From an uncultured Chroococcidiopsis sp. (GTDB lineage Bacteria; Cyanobacteriota; Cyanobacteriia; Cyanobacteriales; Chroococcidiopsidaceae): DNA of 64,000 nucleotides. Positions 42,000 to 52,572 of this stretch are shown piece by piece. The stretch lies in the NCBI GenBank assembly GCA_964248365.1, contig CAXTYC010000014.1:54464-118463 (forward strand), read 5' to 3'. Position 1 is the stretch's first letter. Each line of letters opens with the position of its first letter. Made by a program: the position numbers and the translations under genes. Under the pieces are notes generated by a model. The model saw only the letters and a program-made list of their open reading frames with translations, searched no databases and had not been told where the DNA came from.

Positions 42000-42370
42000 C
42001 TTACTACGAGTCCGAGTCACGGTAGGGCTAGCCTCACCTGCCAGGTAGCCAACTCGTAGTACCTTAGAAAATTTATCACTGCCAGTGGCGATCGCCTCTA
42101 TATTTTTTAGTCCCCAATCACCGTTGTTTCTAACACTTGGGTGCTGCATCCAGTCATTCGTATCAAACCGATCAGACCAAATAACAGCAAGTGTTTGTAG
42201 CATTATAGGTAACGTGGGGAAGGAGCGCAGTAGCTGCTATTTGAGCATTTAAGGTAGGGCGATCGCAACCACTCAAACCCAGTTCTAAATACGCAACAGC
42301 CGTGTAGCAGGCAGCAGTCAAAAGCCCCTGCCATACAACTTTCCTAAACCAAAACAGGCAAAAAGTCAAG
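42000..42370 (-). pseudogene. Remnant of a polysaccharide-lyase-like gene
   Basis: Signal-like N-terminus then WSDRF..DW...WGLKN...KVLRVGYLAGEASPTV; frameshifted and truncated. Confidence 0.45.
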
Positions 42371-42405
42371 CCAAATTAACTTATCTTGCCTGCGAATGGC
42401 AAATT

Positions 42406-43227
42406 TTATTTACCAAACATTTTGACTAAGCCAATTCCACCAAAGTAAAGCGCCAGTACTGCACCAGCCAACAAGCTCTGAGTCAACGGATCAGTCGAAG
42501 GTGTCAAGACAGCTCCCAACACAACCGCCCCTAAAAACACATAGCGCCAAGCAGCAAGCATTGTTGCTGAAGAGACAATTCCCAACCAACCGAGCAGTGC
42601 TTGGATGATGGGAATTTGAAATGCTAAACCAGTGCTAAACAATAAGAGCAAGACAAATTCAAAATAGCGGTCAATTGACCACAACTGCTCTACAACATCC
42701 GCTCCGTAGTTAATAAAGAAATTGAGCGCAGCGGGGATGAGCAATACATAAGCAAATACTAGCCCCGCCGCAAACAGAACCGTAGAACCCAAAACAACAG
42801 GAGCAATCAAGCGGCGTTCACGCCTCGTCAGCCCTGGTAAGACAAACTGAATAATTTGGTAAAGCACAAACGGACTAGCCAGCAGCAAGCCGCTGTAGCC
42901 TGCTACTTTCAGCGAGACAAAAAAGTATTCGCCAGGAGCTAATTGGAGAAATTTGACTCCCTGTGCTGGCACTTCCAGCAATTGGACAATTGGCTTGACA
43001 GCAATAAAGCAGCCGAGCACACTCAGCACAATGGCAATCAGAGCATAGAAAATCCGTTGTCGCAATTCCTCTAGGTGGTCAAACAGAGACATTTCGACTT
43101 CATCGGGTAGCTCATTGAGATAAGCATCGTCTTGATTGCCGTTCCCTACCTGTGCATTAATTCCCGGTTTCAAGTCGGTGGTTGAACTAGGAGTGGTGAC
43201 AGTATCTATGTCTGAGGGTTGCCTCAT
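42406..43227 (-). CDS. tatC: Twin-arginine translocase subunit TatC
   Basis: [38 protein letters not shown]. Confidence 0.97.
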   Translation of the reverse strand: MRQPSDIDTVTTPSSTTDLKPGINAQVGNGNQDDAYLNELPDEVEMSLFDHLEELRQRIFYALIAIVLSVLGCFIAVKPIVQLLEVPAQGVKFLQLAPGEYFFVSLKVAGYSGLLLASPFVLYQIIQFVLPGLTRRERRLIAPVVLGSTVLFAAGLVFAYVLLIPAALNFFINYGADVVEQLWSIDRYFEFVLLLLFSTGLAFQIPIIQALLGWLGIVSSATMLAAWRYVFLGAVVLGAVLTPSTDPLTQSLLAGAVLALYFGGIGLVKMFGK

Positions 43228-43372
43228 GGTTTTGCTTAGTCCAAGGTTTGTTAACTATTTTATCGGGGCAGCAGTAGCGTTAAGTAAAAAAATAGCAAAA
43301 GCAACTAAAGCCAAAAAGCAAACATGGTATATTGCTTCCCAAGAAAAAAATAAACAGATTGCCAGAAAAATA

Positions 43373-44407
43373 ATGACATTGTTATCTGCAACGACCTCAA
43401 AAACATTTAACCTATTGAGTATTGGTCAAAGGGGAGTAGGCAAAACAGTCTTTCTCGCTGGCAGCTACACAGAATTACAAGCTATTAATCAGATAAACAG
43501 TCCTCAAACTGAAGAGTTTTGGTTCGATTGCAGGGATACACAGGTGCAGCAAAACATGGATCATCTTTTGGGCTACATTGCTCAAACTGGTCAATACCCA
43601 CCAGCTACGATGAAAATTAGCAACTTTAACTTCAGTCTGAAACGACAGGATACGTGGAGTGAAAAAACACTTTGCCATTTCCGCTGGTGGGATATTCCTG
43701 GGGAGATCTGCGACATAAGCAATAATCGTGACTTTCAAAGGATGGTGCTTACTTCTCATGGCTGCTGTGTGTTTATTGATGCCGATGCGCTTGTACACGA
43801 AAGAGCTTACCTAAAGTCACTGGAAGAAATGATGAGACAAGTGATGGGAATTGCCTCTCTAGTTTACCAGCGTGGTTTAAAATATCCCTTGGCGCTGATC
43901 TTTACTAAGTGTGACTTGATTCAACTCGGTCCTATCAGCCAGTTACAAATTGAGCAGAGTGTACAACCACTCATTACTGTCCTTGATAGTGTACAAGCTA
44001 ACTATAAAAGGTTTTACTCAGCCATACCAATTGTTTCAAGCGAAGGTGTTTCAACCATAAAAGCTAAAGGTGCAGCTGCTCCACTTCTATGGGTGACGTT
44101 GGAATTGAAAAGAATCAATAATGTGCAGTTGCAGAAAGATTTGGGTAGTGGATTGATGCAGAACTCGCCCGAATCGATAGGCAAAGCATCCGCAGTTAAA
44201 AAGACACCCGATCTAAATTTGCTACCAAGTATCTACAATTACATTTTACCTTTGCTCTTGGCAAGCATTAGCTTATTGAGTGTTAGCCTTACCATATTTT
44301 TGGCTTTCAGTCAATATAAACTTGGTAGTGAACAGGCTTTCAAAAATCAGTCAAATATTTTGCCGCAAGCAGTTAAGAAACCTCCCGATTATGCAGGTAG
44401 AGAGTAA
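43373..44407 (+). CDS. Membrane-anchored TRAFAC-class GTPase-domain protein
   Basis: G1 GQRGVGKT, G3 DIPGE, G4 TKCD, C-terminal TM helix; ATG at 43373. Confidence 0.7.
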   Translation: MTLLSATTSKTFNLLSIGQRGVGKTVFLAGSYTELQAINQINSPQTEEFWFDCRDTQVQQNMDHLLGYIAQTGQYPPATMKISNFNFSLKRQDTWSEKTLCHFRWWDIPGEICDISNNRDFQRMVLTSHGCCVFIDADALVHERAYLKSLEEMMRQVMGIASLVYQRGLKYPLALIFTKCDLIQLGPISQLQIEQSVQPLITVLDSVQANYKRFYSAIPIVSSEGVSTIKAKGAAAPLLWVTLELKRINNVQLQKDLGSGLMQNSPESIGKASAVKKTPDLNLLPSIYNYILPLLLASISLLSVSLTIFLAFSQYKLGSEQAFKNQSNILPQAVKKPPDYAGRE

Positions 44408-44511
44408 TTTTGTAGCAGGCTAGCAGCAAACAACGCCTTTGGTTAATCCGCATAATGTATCAGGTTGTAGTGGGCATGGGTGGCATACTTAAATTTATAG
44501 GTAGGCAAGAC

Positions 44512-46686
44512 CTATAGGGATGGTAATTTTGGATGGATAGATGAATGTTGTGCTACTAATTGGGAAATCTGGGGATTATATAGTCGTAGATAATTCCAAT
44601 AGTTACCGAAAACTTGTCTAACATAGCCTTTGGTTTCATCAAATGGGATGGCTTCGACAAACTCATCTGGATCTCTGTTATTCAATGTTTGTAGCCATTT
44701 TGACACCTGGTTAGGACCTGCATTGTAACTTGCGATCGCAAGCATCGAGTGATTGTCATATTTCTTATGAGTGTAATCCAAATACCAAGTACCCAGTAGA
44801 ATATTATCTTGCGGATTTTCCATATCGTACCTTGGTAAATTGATTTTTTCAGCTATATATCTAGCAGTATCAGGCATTACCTGCATCAATCCCACTGCAC
44901 CAGCAACCGAGCGAATTTTTGGCTCAAACCGCGATTCTTGTCGAATTAAAGCTGTTACCAGCAAAGGATTAAGCTGATTTCGTTGTGACTCTTTTTCAAT
45001 TTCCTTAAGATAGGGAAATGGATAACGTGCTTGCCAATAAGTCAATTGTTGACTTAAAGCCTGGTATTGGGCTTTTTCTGCTGGGGTTTCTCGATCTTCT
45101 AAAGTAGAAATTTCGGCAATTCCGATTAAATTTTCTCCCTTCATCAAATGCATCAAACCGTCGGTGAATTGTTCTGCTACCGTTGGTGTCTTGTTTTGAA
45201 ATTCTACTTGCCAAAGCGTCCCAGCATCTGTATCTTGTCTTAGCTGGTAGAGTTCTTTTAGTGCAGGGGAACCAGCAGGCGGTACTATACGTTCTGGTGG
45301 AACAACGGAAGGATTTAGCTGGCGCACAGTTTTGAAATTTCCTACATCTAGCCCCAAAATCGCTGCCGATCGCCATGCATAATAAGACTGTGGGAACTGG
45401 CTTAAAACATACTCAAAAGCAGCTTTCGCATCTGACTGGCGTTTCAACTTCATCGCCCATTTGCCCACCCAAAAGGTAGCTCTGGGAGCCAAAATACTAT
45501 TAGAGTTACGTAGCGCAATGGGCGCAGCCCATAGCCATGCACCCTTATAATCATTAGTTGCTGCTTTGGCTTGTGCTACTTTCCAACGATATTCTGCTGC
45601 TGCATCTGTTTCACCATACCGATTCAGCAATAGTTGACGCAATGACGCAGCTGATTGCCCACTGTGCATAGAATCAAGAATATCGGCTTCTTGTACTAGT
45701 GCTGTTCCCGCTAGCTTCGGGAAGCGACTGATTACCAAGTCGAGATAAGCGATCGCCTCAGATTTTTGTGTTATCCTCGCTAGATGCATTAAAGCTGTGC
45801 CAGTTTCTTTGGCGTTGGGAAAGGCGGTGATTAGCTGCTTGTATGTAGTTATTGCTTGTGGCTTGTTGCGACTTAGTTGCCAGGATCGTGCTTGACGATA
45901 AAGATTCTCAGGTGTGCGAGGTGCTTTAGTGTAAGCAGTTGCAGCTTTAGCATATTGTTTATTTTCCCAGTAGGCGAGGGCGATCGCTTCCCAATCTTCA
46001 GGTTGCAATTGCGCCGCCGATTTACTTACCAGGTTGTCTAAGACTGGCACAATCCCAGGTTGAGTATAAGCATATTTTGCCAAGAGTAACTGTAACTGGG
46101 GCTGATGGGGATTTTGTTGCAACAACAAGCGAGCAATTTCTATTGTGCGGGGATGGCTGGGGAATTGCGTCACTGCTTGCAGCCAATATTTCGGTTCAGT
46201 TCTACCCAACACATATAAAGCTTCAGCTGCTATAGGGTTATTCAGATAGTGGTTGAGTAAATCTTGCCACGCTATCTGAGTTTTGGCTTGATCGTTTGTG
46301 AGTTCCAACGCTTGAGCGCGTTTTAAGGCGATATGTGGGGCGAGGACGGAATAATCTTTTTCTAAATCTTGTAAAACGGCGATCGCTTTATCACCCTGCC
46401 GTTGTAAAATCAGATCGCTTGCTAAAAGATAACGGGCGCGATCGCGCTCTATTGATGGCGGTAATTGAGCGATCGCACTCAGTTGCACCATCCGCTCACC
46501 AGGGGAGAGTGACACCAGTCGCAAAACGCTTGATTTGGGGTTTTCCAATCTGATTTGTGCCTGAGACTGGCTTGGGTTTGTCGATTGCGCCAGCCAGTTG
46601 ACAGACTGCGTTACTAACAAAGGAACCCCAACTAGAAAACATAGCCCCGCCCCAGCAGCAAGAGGAATTGACCGTCGCTGCAACAT
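44512..46686 (-). CDS. slt: Soluble lytic murein transglycosylase (TPR + SLT)
   Basis: IRQESRF, GAVGLMQVMP, ASYNAGP, ETKGYV. Confidence 0.92.
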   Translation of the reverse strand: MLQRRSIPLAAGAGLCFLVGVPLLVTQSVNWLAQSTNPSQSQAQIRLENPKSSVLRLVSLSPGERMVQLSAIAQLPPSIERDRARYLLASDLILQRQGDKAIAVLQDLEKDYSVLAPHIALKRAQALELTNDQAKTQIAWQDLLNHYLNNPIAAEALYVLGRTEPKYWLQAVTQFPSHPRTIEIARLLLQQNPHQPQLQLLLAKYAYTQPGIVPVLDNLVSKSAAQLQPEDWEAIALAYWENKQYAKAATAYTKAPRTPENLYRQARSWQLSRNKPQAITTYKQLITAFPNAKETGTALMHLARITQKSEAIAYLDLVISRFPKLAGTALVQEADILDSMHSGQSAASLRQLLLNRYGETDAAAEYRWKVAQAKAATNDYKGAWLWAAPIALRNSNSILAPRATFWVGKWAMKLKRQSDAKAAFEYVLSQFPQSYYAWRSAAILGLDVGNFKTVRQLNPSVVPPERIVPPAGSPALKELYQLRQDTDAGTLWQVEFQNKTPTVAEQFTDGLMHLMKGENLIGIAEISTLEDRETPAEKAQYQALSQQLTYWQARYPFPYLKEIEKESQRNQLNPLLVTALIRQESRFEPKIRSVAGAVGLMQVMPDTARYIAEKINLPRYDMENPQDNILLGTWYLDYTHKKYDNHSMLAIASYNAGPNQVSKWLQTLNNRDPDEFVEAIPFDETKGYVRQVFGNYWNYLRLYNPQISQLVAQHSSIHPKLPSL

Positions 46687-46940
46687 AAACGTTCGCGCTC
46701 AATATGATGGTGTAATTTCCTGCCAATCTAGCATTGCTCCCCCTGAATCATCAGCTGGTTGGCAGAGAAATTTTGCTACTTTCCGCCTACATCAGCACAA
46801 GGGTAGATTTGTCAGAGGCGATGTAGTAGATTTAGATTCACTTAAGATATGCGCATTTTGTCTAGGTGAGTCGAAAAAGCAGCAATTAGGGTGAGCGTTT
46901 GTCCACTGACTAAATATTAAGTTTTGTAAGCAAGCAACGT

Positions 46941-47834
46941 GTGAGTAATAAAACACAACTGTTAAAAAATATCTATGGCTTCGATTTCCCCAGTAGCTTC
47001 TTCGAGTTTTGGGAGTTTGTCTGCTCTCTACCACCGAAATTGATTGAAGATGTTTTAGAAGTTCAATTTATAGGAGCTTTTAATATTTTCAAAGCTGATT
47101 ATGATGCTCAAACACATAATTTGTTATGGGACAGATACTACAATGATCCACCAGAGTTTTTTACGCTGATGGCTGGATGGGCTGATGGTTTACATTAGGG
47201 ATATTATCTAGACGATCCAAATCATCCTATCCCAGTAGCTTATTACTACAGTAATGACGCTTTTGAACTTACAGTAAGCGGAGATAATTTATTTGAAACC
47301 CTTAGAGGAGTAGTAGAAGAACACTACAAAATGTGTTTAGCAAAAATAGAGTATTATTCTGACCAAACAAAGGACTATAAGGAAAAAATTCAACAACTGA
47401 ATGCTTTATGAACCGAAATTCAGAAATATTACACCGCAAACCGCTTGGAAACAGGTGAAATCTACTTAGGTAAATATCAGGTAGCAAAAGTGCGGCAGAC
47501 AGTAGCTCAAACGAGGGATGGCATGGGAATTGTTGTTTCTCGCAGTTTGTACAAACTATTGAGTGGCGACGATAAATTTCAGATGTGGAATTACGAACCA
47601 ACACACGAAGAAGTTCAGCAAATGACAAATGAGGCAATGAATGCTTTGAAAGAAGGCTATCCTCCAACAGCACTAAAGCTGGGAAAAGATTTGTGGATTT
47701 ACCAACAATATAGAGCGCAATGTTATGCTTTATTAGATTCTGCCTACGCAGCTTTAGGCAGAGACATCGTCAGAAAAATGCTAGGGATTGCTAAAGAATA
47801 TAGAGAATATTGCGATAGATGTTCTAGATATTAG
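46941..47834 (+). pseudogene. HPF1/DUF2228-like protein with two in-frame stops
   Basis: YGFDFPSSFFEFWEF, RYYNDPPEFFT, LH*GYYLDDP, TRDGMGIVV; TAG at 47196-98 and TGA at 47409-11 in one frame. Confidence 0.7.
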
Positions 47835-47887
47835 TGATTAATAAAAAAAGCAATTTGAAAAAAAATCGACTTAAAAATAGAAGTTGC

Positions 47888-48017
47888 TTGAAATGCGCTG
47901 AAGAATATGGTATGATTTACTTCATAATGGGAATCTGTGCAAAAATAATAAAAACGAAAAGATTTCCATTATTAAGCAGCATAGTAAAAGTATACAGCTA
48001 AGTTGCCCCAAGCGCAA
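47888..48017. promoter_or_regulatory. Convergent promoter pair enclosing a hairpin (repeat copy 1)
   Basis: + strand TTGAAA-17-TATGAT (47888-916); stem ATAATGGGAATCT / AGATTTCCATTAT (47924-36, 47960-72); - strand TTGCGC-17-TATACT (48017-47989). Confidence 0.6.
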
Positions 48018-48141
48018 GATTAAAAGCGATTTTTTTTAAGCAAATTTTTTTGTTGTACACCTGGTTGAGAAAGATAAATTTAAAATTCAGAATTTCAGTT
48101 TCGCTGTAACATCACAACAGACTCAATAGATTAAATCTGCT

Positions 48142-49992
48142 GTGGCTGACGTGAGTAACTTCTCTAGGTGTAAGCGGTTATCGCTGGTAGTGTTTCATTT
48201 GTGCTTTTCTGTCTCGCTGATTGCAACTCAGGAACCGATACAAGCTGCTTTTGTCCAACCACTGCGAAGTAAACGGGCGATGGTTGTCTCTGCTCATCCC
48301 TTGGCGAGTGAGGCGGGGTTGGAGATGTTACGCAAGGGTGGTAATGCAGTAGATGCAGCCGTAGCAACGACATTTGCTATCTCTGTACTAGAACCGTTTA
48401 GTGCGGGGATTGGTGGCGGCGGGTTTTTACTTTTACACTCTGCCAAAACTGGGGAAATCAAGGCGCTGGACTTCCGCGAACGCGCACCTTTAAAAGCCAC
48501 TCGTAATATGTACCTGGATGCACAGGGAAAGGTGCGCCCCCAGGCGAGTGTAGATAGTTATTTATCAGTAGCAGTACCTGGGACAGTGGCTGGACTGTAC
48601 CAGGTGCATCGTCAGTATGGAAAATTACCTTGGGCGACCCTAGTAGCACCTGCTATTGGTTATGCTCAAAATGGGTTTGTGGTGTCAGAGCGTTTTGTTG
48701 AGGCAACCGCAAGGCGAAAAGAAGCGATTTTAAGAAATCCGGCTGCTCGTCAAATTTTTACTCGCAACGGCAGAGGGTATCAACCAGGAGACAAGCTAGT
48801 ACAAAGAGATTTGGCAGAGAGTTTAAGAGCGATCGCTCGCAACCCCTCTAGTTTTTATACCGGAAAAATTGCCTCTGCGATCGCCAGGGATATGGCTAAA
48901 AACGGAGGACTAATTAGCCTACAAGATCTCAAATCCTACAAACCGATTTGGCGCACTCCTATTTGTGGTAACTTCCGCACAAGCCGTATCTGCTCCATGC
49001 CACCGCCTTCTTCAGGAGGTGTCCACCTATTACAGATATTAAACATAATTGGTGACACCGATCTCAAATCTTTAGGATGGCATCATCCAGACGCACTGCA
49101 CCTGATGGTAGAAGCGATGAAAATTGCCTATGCCGATCGCTCCGAATATTTAGGCGATCCAGATTTTGTCAAAGTACCAGTCCAAGAACTAATTAATCCG
49201 GCTTATGCTAAAAAACGGCGACAAGAAATCACAATGGATCGGGCTAAACCATCAAGTGAAGTCAAACCGATAGACAGGGAAACATTACAACGTTTCACTC
49301 AACCCGTACCATCCTCTCGTAACCAGGCTGAGCCTAAGAATCTTAGCGCCTTTGCGTCTTTGCGCGAAACAAATCCCTTATCCAAAATCCCTTATCCAAA
49401 ATCCTACGAGTCTCCCGACACCAGTCATTTAACAGTAGTAGATAGCCAACGTAATGCTGTTAGCTTGACATTCACAGTTAACTACGGCTTCGGTTCGGGT
49501 GTAGTAACGCCTGGAACTGGAATTTTACTAAACGACGAGATGGATGATTTTGCGGCGGCGGCTGGTGTACCCAATGCTTATGGACTTGTAGGGGGAGATG
49601 CTAACGCGATCGCGGGGCATAAAACACCCCTATCGAGCATGACACCCACCATTGTCACAGAAAATGGACGGCTACGCATGGCAGTTGGATCGCCAGGTGG
49701 TAGCACAATTATTACCACCGTGCTGCAAGTACTCCTCAACGTACTTGAATACGGTATGAATGCTGGTGCAGCAGTTTCCGCACCCCGTATACATCATCAA
49801 TGGCTACCAGATCAGCTTAGAGTAGAACCTTGGGGCTTAGATGCTTTGACAGTGCAAGAACTACGTCGTCGCGGACATCAAATTAAAGAGGAACCAGGCT
49901 GGGGTAATGCTAACGCGATCGTAGTCACACCAGATAACACGCTAGAAGGATCTGCCGATCCGCGCGGCGAAGGTTCCCCTAGAGGTTTCTAA
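48142..49992 (+). CDS. ggt: Gamma-glutamyltransferase
   Basis: GGNAVDAAVA, LDFRERAP, PPPSSGG, autocatalytic TSH, LNDEMDDF, SSMTP, GSPGGS, ADPR. Confidence 0.96.
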   Translation: MADVSNFSRCKRLSLVVFHLCFSVSLIATQEPIQAAFVQPLRSKRAMVVSAHPLASEAGLEMLRKGGNAVDAAVATTFAISVLEPFSAGIGGGGFLLLHSAKTGEIKALDFRERAPLKATRNMYLDAQGKVRPQASVDSYLSVAVPGTVAGLYQVHRQYGKLPWATLVAPAIGYAQNGFVVSERFVEATARRKEAILRNPAARQIFTRNGRGYQPGDKLVQRDLAESLRAIARNPSSFYTGKIASAIARDMAKNGGLISLQDLKSYKPIWRTPICGNFRTSRICSMPPPSSGGVHLLQILNIIGDTDLKSLGWHHPDALHLMVEAMKIAYADRSEYLGDPDFVKVPVQELINPAYAKKRRQEITMDRAKPSSEVKPIDRETLQRFTQPVPSSRNQAEPKNLSAFASLRETNPLSKIPYPKSYESPDTSHLTVVDSQRNAVSLTFTVNYGFGSGVVTPGTGILLNDEMDDFAAAAGVPNAYGLVGGDANAIAGHKTPLSSMTPTIVTENGRLRMAVGSPGGSTIITTVLQVLLNVLEYGMNAGAAVSAPRIHHQWLPDQLRVEPWGLDALTVQELRRRGHQIKEEPGWGNANAIVVTPDNTLEGSADPRGEGSPRGF

Positions 49993-50124
49993 AAGCTATT
50001 AGCAATTAGCTAATTTTCTCTAAAATATCCATCGTCAACCGATAAGTCGATTAAACCCTGTCTTGTTCCCAAGCTTAACCTGGGAACAAATAGTGAATAA
50101 CCCTCTTTTACAGATAAACCCATC

Positions 50125-50382
50125 CTACGTCCTAACCTCGGCGCTTGCTTTACTAATAGCAAATTCTTGAGCGCGAGAGCTAGGTACTAAAGTCCAGCCA
50201 GCTTTAAGTAACTTCTGGTAAGTAGCCCAGCCTTTAGAACCTCCTGGTATGCGGTAGTCTGGGACAGCGTATTGTGGAAAAGCTGTATAAGGTCGCCAAG
50301 CCTCATGGGGTGCAGTTTGTAAGTGTAAGATTTTCTCACCATCACCACTCGTCTTGGATAACCAGCACATTCTTTTAAGCAT
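50125..50382 (-). CDS. Small hypothetical protein
   Basis: GGAG RBS; WRPYTAFPQYAVPDY...SKGWATYQKLLKAGW. Confidence 0.7.
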   Translation of the reverse strand: MLKRMCWLSKTSGDGEKILHLQTAPHEAWRPYTAFPQYAVPDYRIPGGSKGWATYQKLLKAGWTLVPSSRAQEFAISKASAEVRT

Positions 50383-50652
50383 AAATACTCCAAAGTTTAA
50401 TTAAGATATGTTACTTTCACTTGCTTTTAGCGATCAGTAGTGAATGTAACAACTATAAAAGTTAAGCCAGAAAGTATAGTTGCCGTCAAAAAAAGCACAG
50501 GAAAAGGGAGCAAAAGCAAGCAAAAGGAAGACAAACTAGACCTTCTAGCCTCTAGTCCTACCAATTACCCATTACCAGGAAAGACGTAGCACTGCTACGT
50601 CTTTTCTACCAACTACCAATTACGAATTATGAATTACAAATATATGCTTTTG

Positions 50653-51249
50653 TTATATAGAGGGAATGTAAGAATCTTTATTGTGGGTAACTATTGCACC
50701 TATTTCTGAAGTTATTTGGTTGTAGGTGGTATCATTTAAAACTGGGACTGAATTTTCAATCGCAATTGGTTGAAGCAAATCAATCCATGACTTGCAACCA
50801 CCGTATGCAGACTCGTAGGGAATCATTTGTACTTGAGCTAACTTGTAAGTCCGCAGCAAGAGGATGTAAAGTGGTTGACGCGGTTTCCATTTGAGGCGAT
50901 CGCTAATAAATTGCTCATTCCAAATATGAAATGGTAACAAAGCATTCACAGTTGTTTCGTCAGCCACTGGGAAAATATCAGTAACAGTAGCAAAACTACC
51001 AATCCGAATTGTTTCTGGATGCCAACCGGATGTAACTGGAGTTACCAGAGGGGCAGATTCAGGTTTAAGTAAAAAAGGCTGTTGATGTTCGTAGGTGGGG
51101 TAAAGTAAAACTCTTTCATGGGCAACTTGAAAACGTCCACCTCGTTCATAAATACCACCCTTACGCAGCAGCATAATTGTTTTACCCTGTTCTAGAGCAT
51201 CGACGGCAACAGCCCATTCTTTGAGTGCAGCAGTAGTGGTTGATGGCAT
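50653..51249 (-). CDS. DUF1802 family protein
   Basis: ALKEWAVA, LLRKGGI, LYPTYEHQ, YGGCKSWI. Confidence 0.88.
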   Translation of the reverse strand: MPSTTTAALKEWAVAVDALEQGKTIMLLRKGGIYERGGRFQVAHERVLLYPTYEHQQPFLLKPESAPLVTPVTSGWHPETIRIGSFATVTDIFPVADETTVNALLPFHIWNEQFISDRLKWKPRQPLYILLLRTYKLAQVQMIPYESAYGGCKSWIDLLQPIAIENSVPVLNDTTYNQITSEIGAIVTHNKDSYIPSI

Positions 51250-51550
51250 GAGTGTTTATAGGGGCGCTGTGCGAGAGAAAGGCTAAAAGCAAAAAGGATA
51301 AAGGTTAAAGGATGAAGGATAAAGGCGATCGCGCAGAAGGATAAAGATTGAAATTTCACCCTTGGTCACTTCCATCCTTCATACTTCATCCTTCACACTT
51401 CACACTTCTTTAATTTCTAAACTGATTAGATATCTAAATTACGCTAACGGCACAAAGCATAGTTAGATAACTCACTTAAGGAAGATTAATTAAACTTTTT
51501 AAAACATTAGACATATACAAAGGTAGACTATTAAAGGTAGAAAGTTAGAC

Positions 51551-52516
51551 ATGGAGAAGCGCTCGCTTGGCACATCAGACATCAAGATTACCCCCATCCT
51601 AATGGGAACTTGGCAAGCTGGTAAAAAACAGTGGGTAGGAATTGAAGATGCAGACACTATCAAAGCGATAAGGGCAGCATTTGACGCAGGCATGACAACG
51701 GTTGATACTGCTGAGGTTTATGGAGCAGGACACTCAGAGCAAATTGTCGCTCAAGCTTTATCTGATGTAAGAGATCAGGTAGTATACGCTACTAAAGTTT
51801 TTGCCAATCATCTAAAACATGACCAAGTGATTGAGGCGTGTGAGCGATCGCTCAAAAACTTGAATACCGATTACATCGATCTTTACCAAATTCACTGGCC
51901 CTCTGGCTCTTTCGATAGTGAGATTGTCCCAATTGAAGAGACAATGAGCGCCTTGAATCAGCTAAAACAGCAAGGGAAAATTCGGGCTATAGGCGTTTCT
52001 AATTTTTCCCGCAGCCAGCTTGAAGAAGCCGCCTCTTACGGACGGATCGATAGTCTACAACCGCCTTACTCTTTGTTTTGGCGTTGGGTAGAACAAGATG
52101 CGATGCCCTATTGCGTCCAGAATAATATTTCTATTCTTGCCTACTCTCCCTTGGCGCAAGGATTACTAACTGGAAAATTTGAAAGAGGGCATAAATTTGC
52201 TCCCGAAGATAACCGATCAAAAAATAAGCTGTTCCAGGGAGAAAATTATCAAAGAGCGCAGCAAGCACTCGATAAACTGCGTCCAATAGCCCAACGTCAT
52301 CAAACCTCCCTGGCTAATTTGGCACTAGCTTGGTTAATTGCCCAACCCCAAACCAATGCGATTGTAGGTGCAAGAAACGCCGAACAAGCAGCAGCAAACG
52401 CTCTTGCCGCAGATATTCAACTTTCTGCTGATGATCTACAAGAAATTGATGCCATTGGTAGAATTGTCACCGATCATCTAGACGACAATCCTGTGATGTG
52501 GAACTGGAATTCTTAA
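51551..52516 (+). CDS. Aldo/keto reductase
   Basis: DTAEVYG, YIDLYQIHWP, GKIRAIGVSNF, AYSPLAQGLLTGK. Confidence 0.95.
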   Translation: MEKRSLGTSDIKITPILMGTWQAGKKQWVGIEDADTIKAIRAAFDAGMTTVDTAEVYGAGHSEQIVAQALSDVRDQVVYATKVFANHLKHDQVIEACERSLKNLNTDYIDLYQIHWPSGSFDSEIVPIEETMSALNQLKQQGKIRAIGVSNFSRSQLEEAASYGRIDSLQPPYSLFWRWVEQDAMPYCVQNNISILAYSPLAQGLLTGKFERGHKFAPEDNRSKNKLFQGENYQRAQQALDKLRPIAQRHQTSLANLALAWLIAQPQTNAIVGARNAEQAAANALAADIQLSADDLQEIDAIGRIVTDHLDDNPVMWNWNS

Positions 52517-52572
52517 TTGCGGTCATTGGTAGACGTAGCACTGCTACGTCTTTCGGCGGTAGTTGGTAATTG

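Noticed and set aside
41632..42048. 138-aa ORF as an intact gene
   Set aside because: It is a chimeric read-through of an HlyD fragment into unrelated and antisense remnants.
43136..43372. N-terminal extension of the 423-aa ORF
   Set aside because: It overlaps tatC on the opposite strand; ATG at 43373 just before the P-loop is more plausible.
47927..48001. 24-aa ORF MGICAKIIKTKRFPLLSSIVKVYS as a type I toxin
   Set aside because: The homologous copy at 63.8 kb stops after six codons, and there is no RBS or TM helix.
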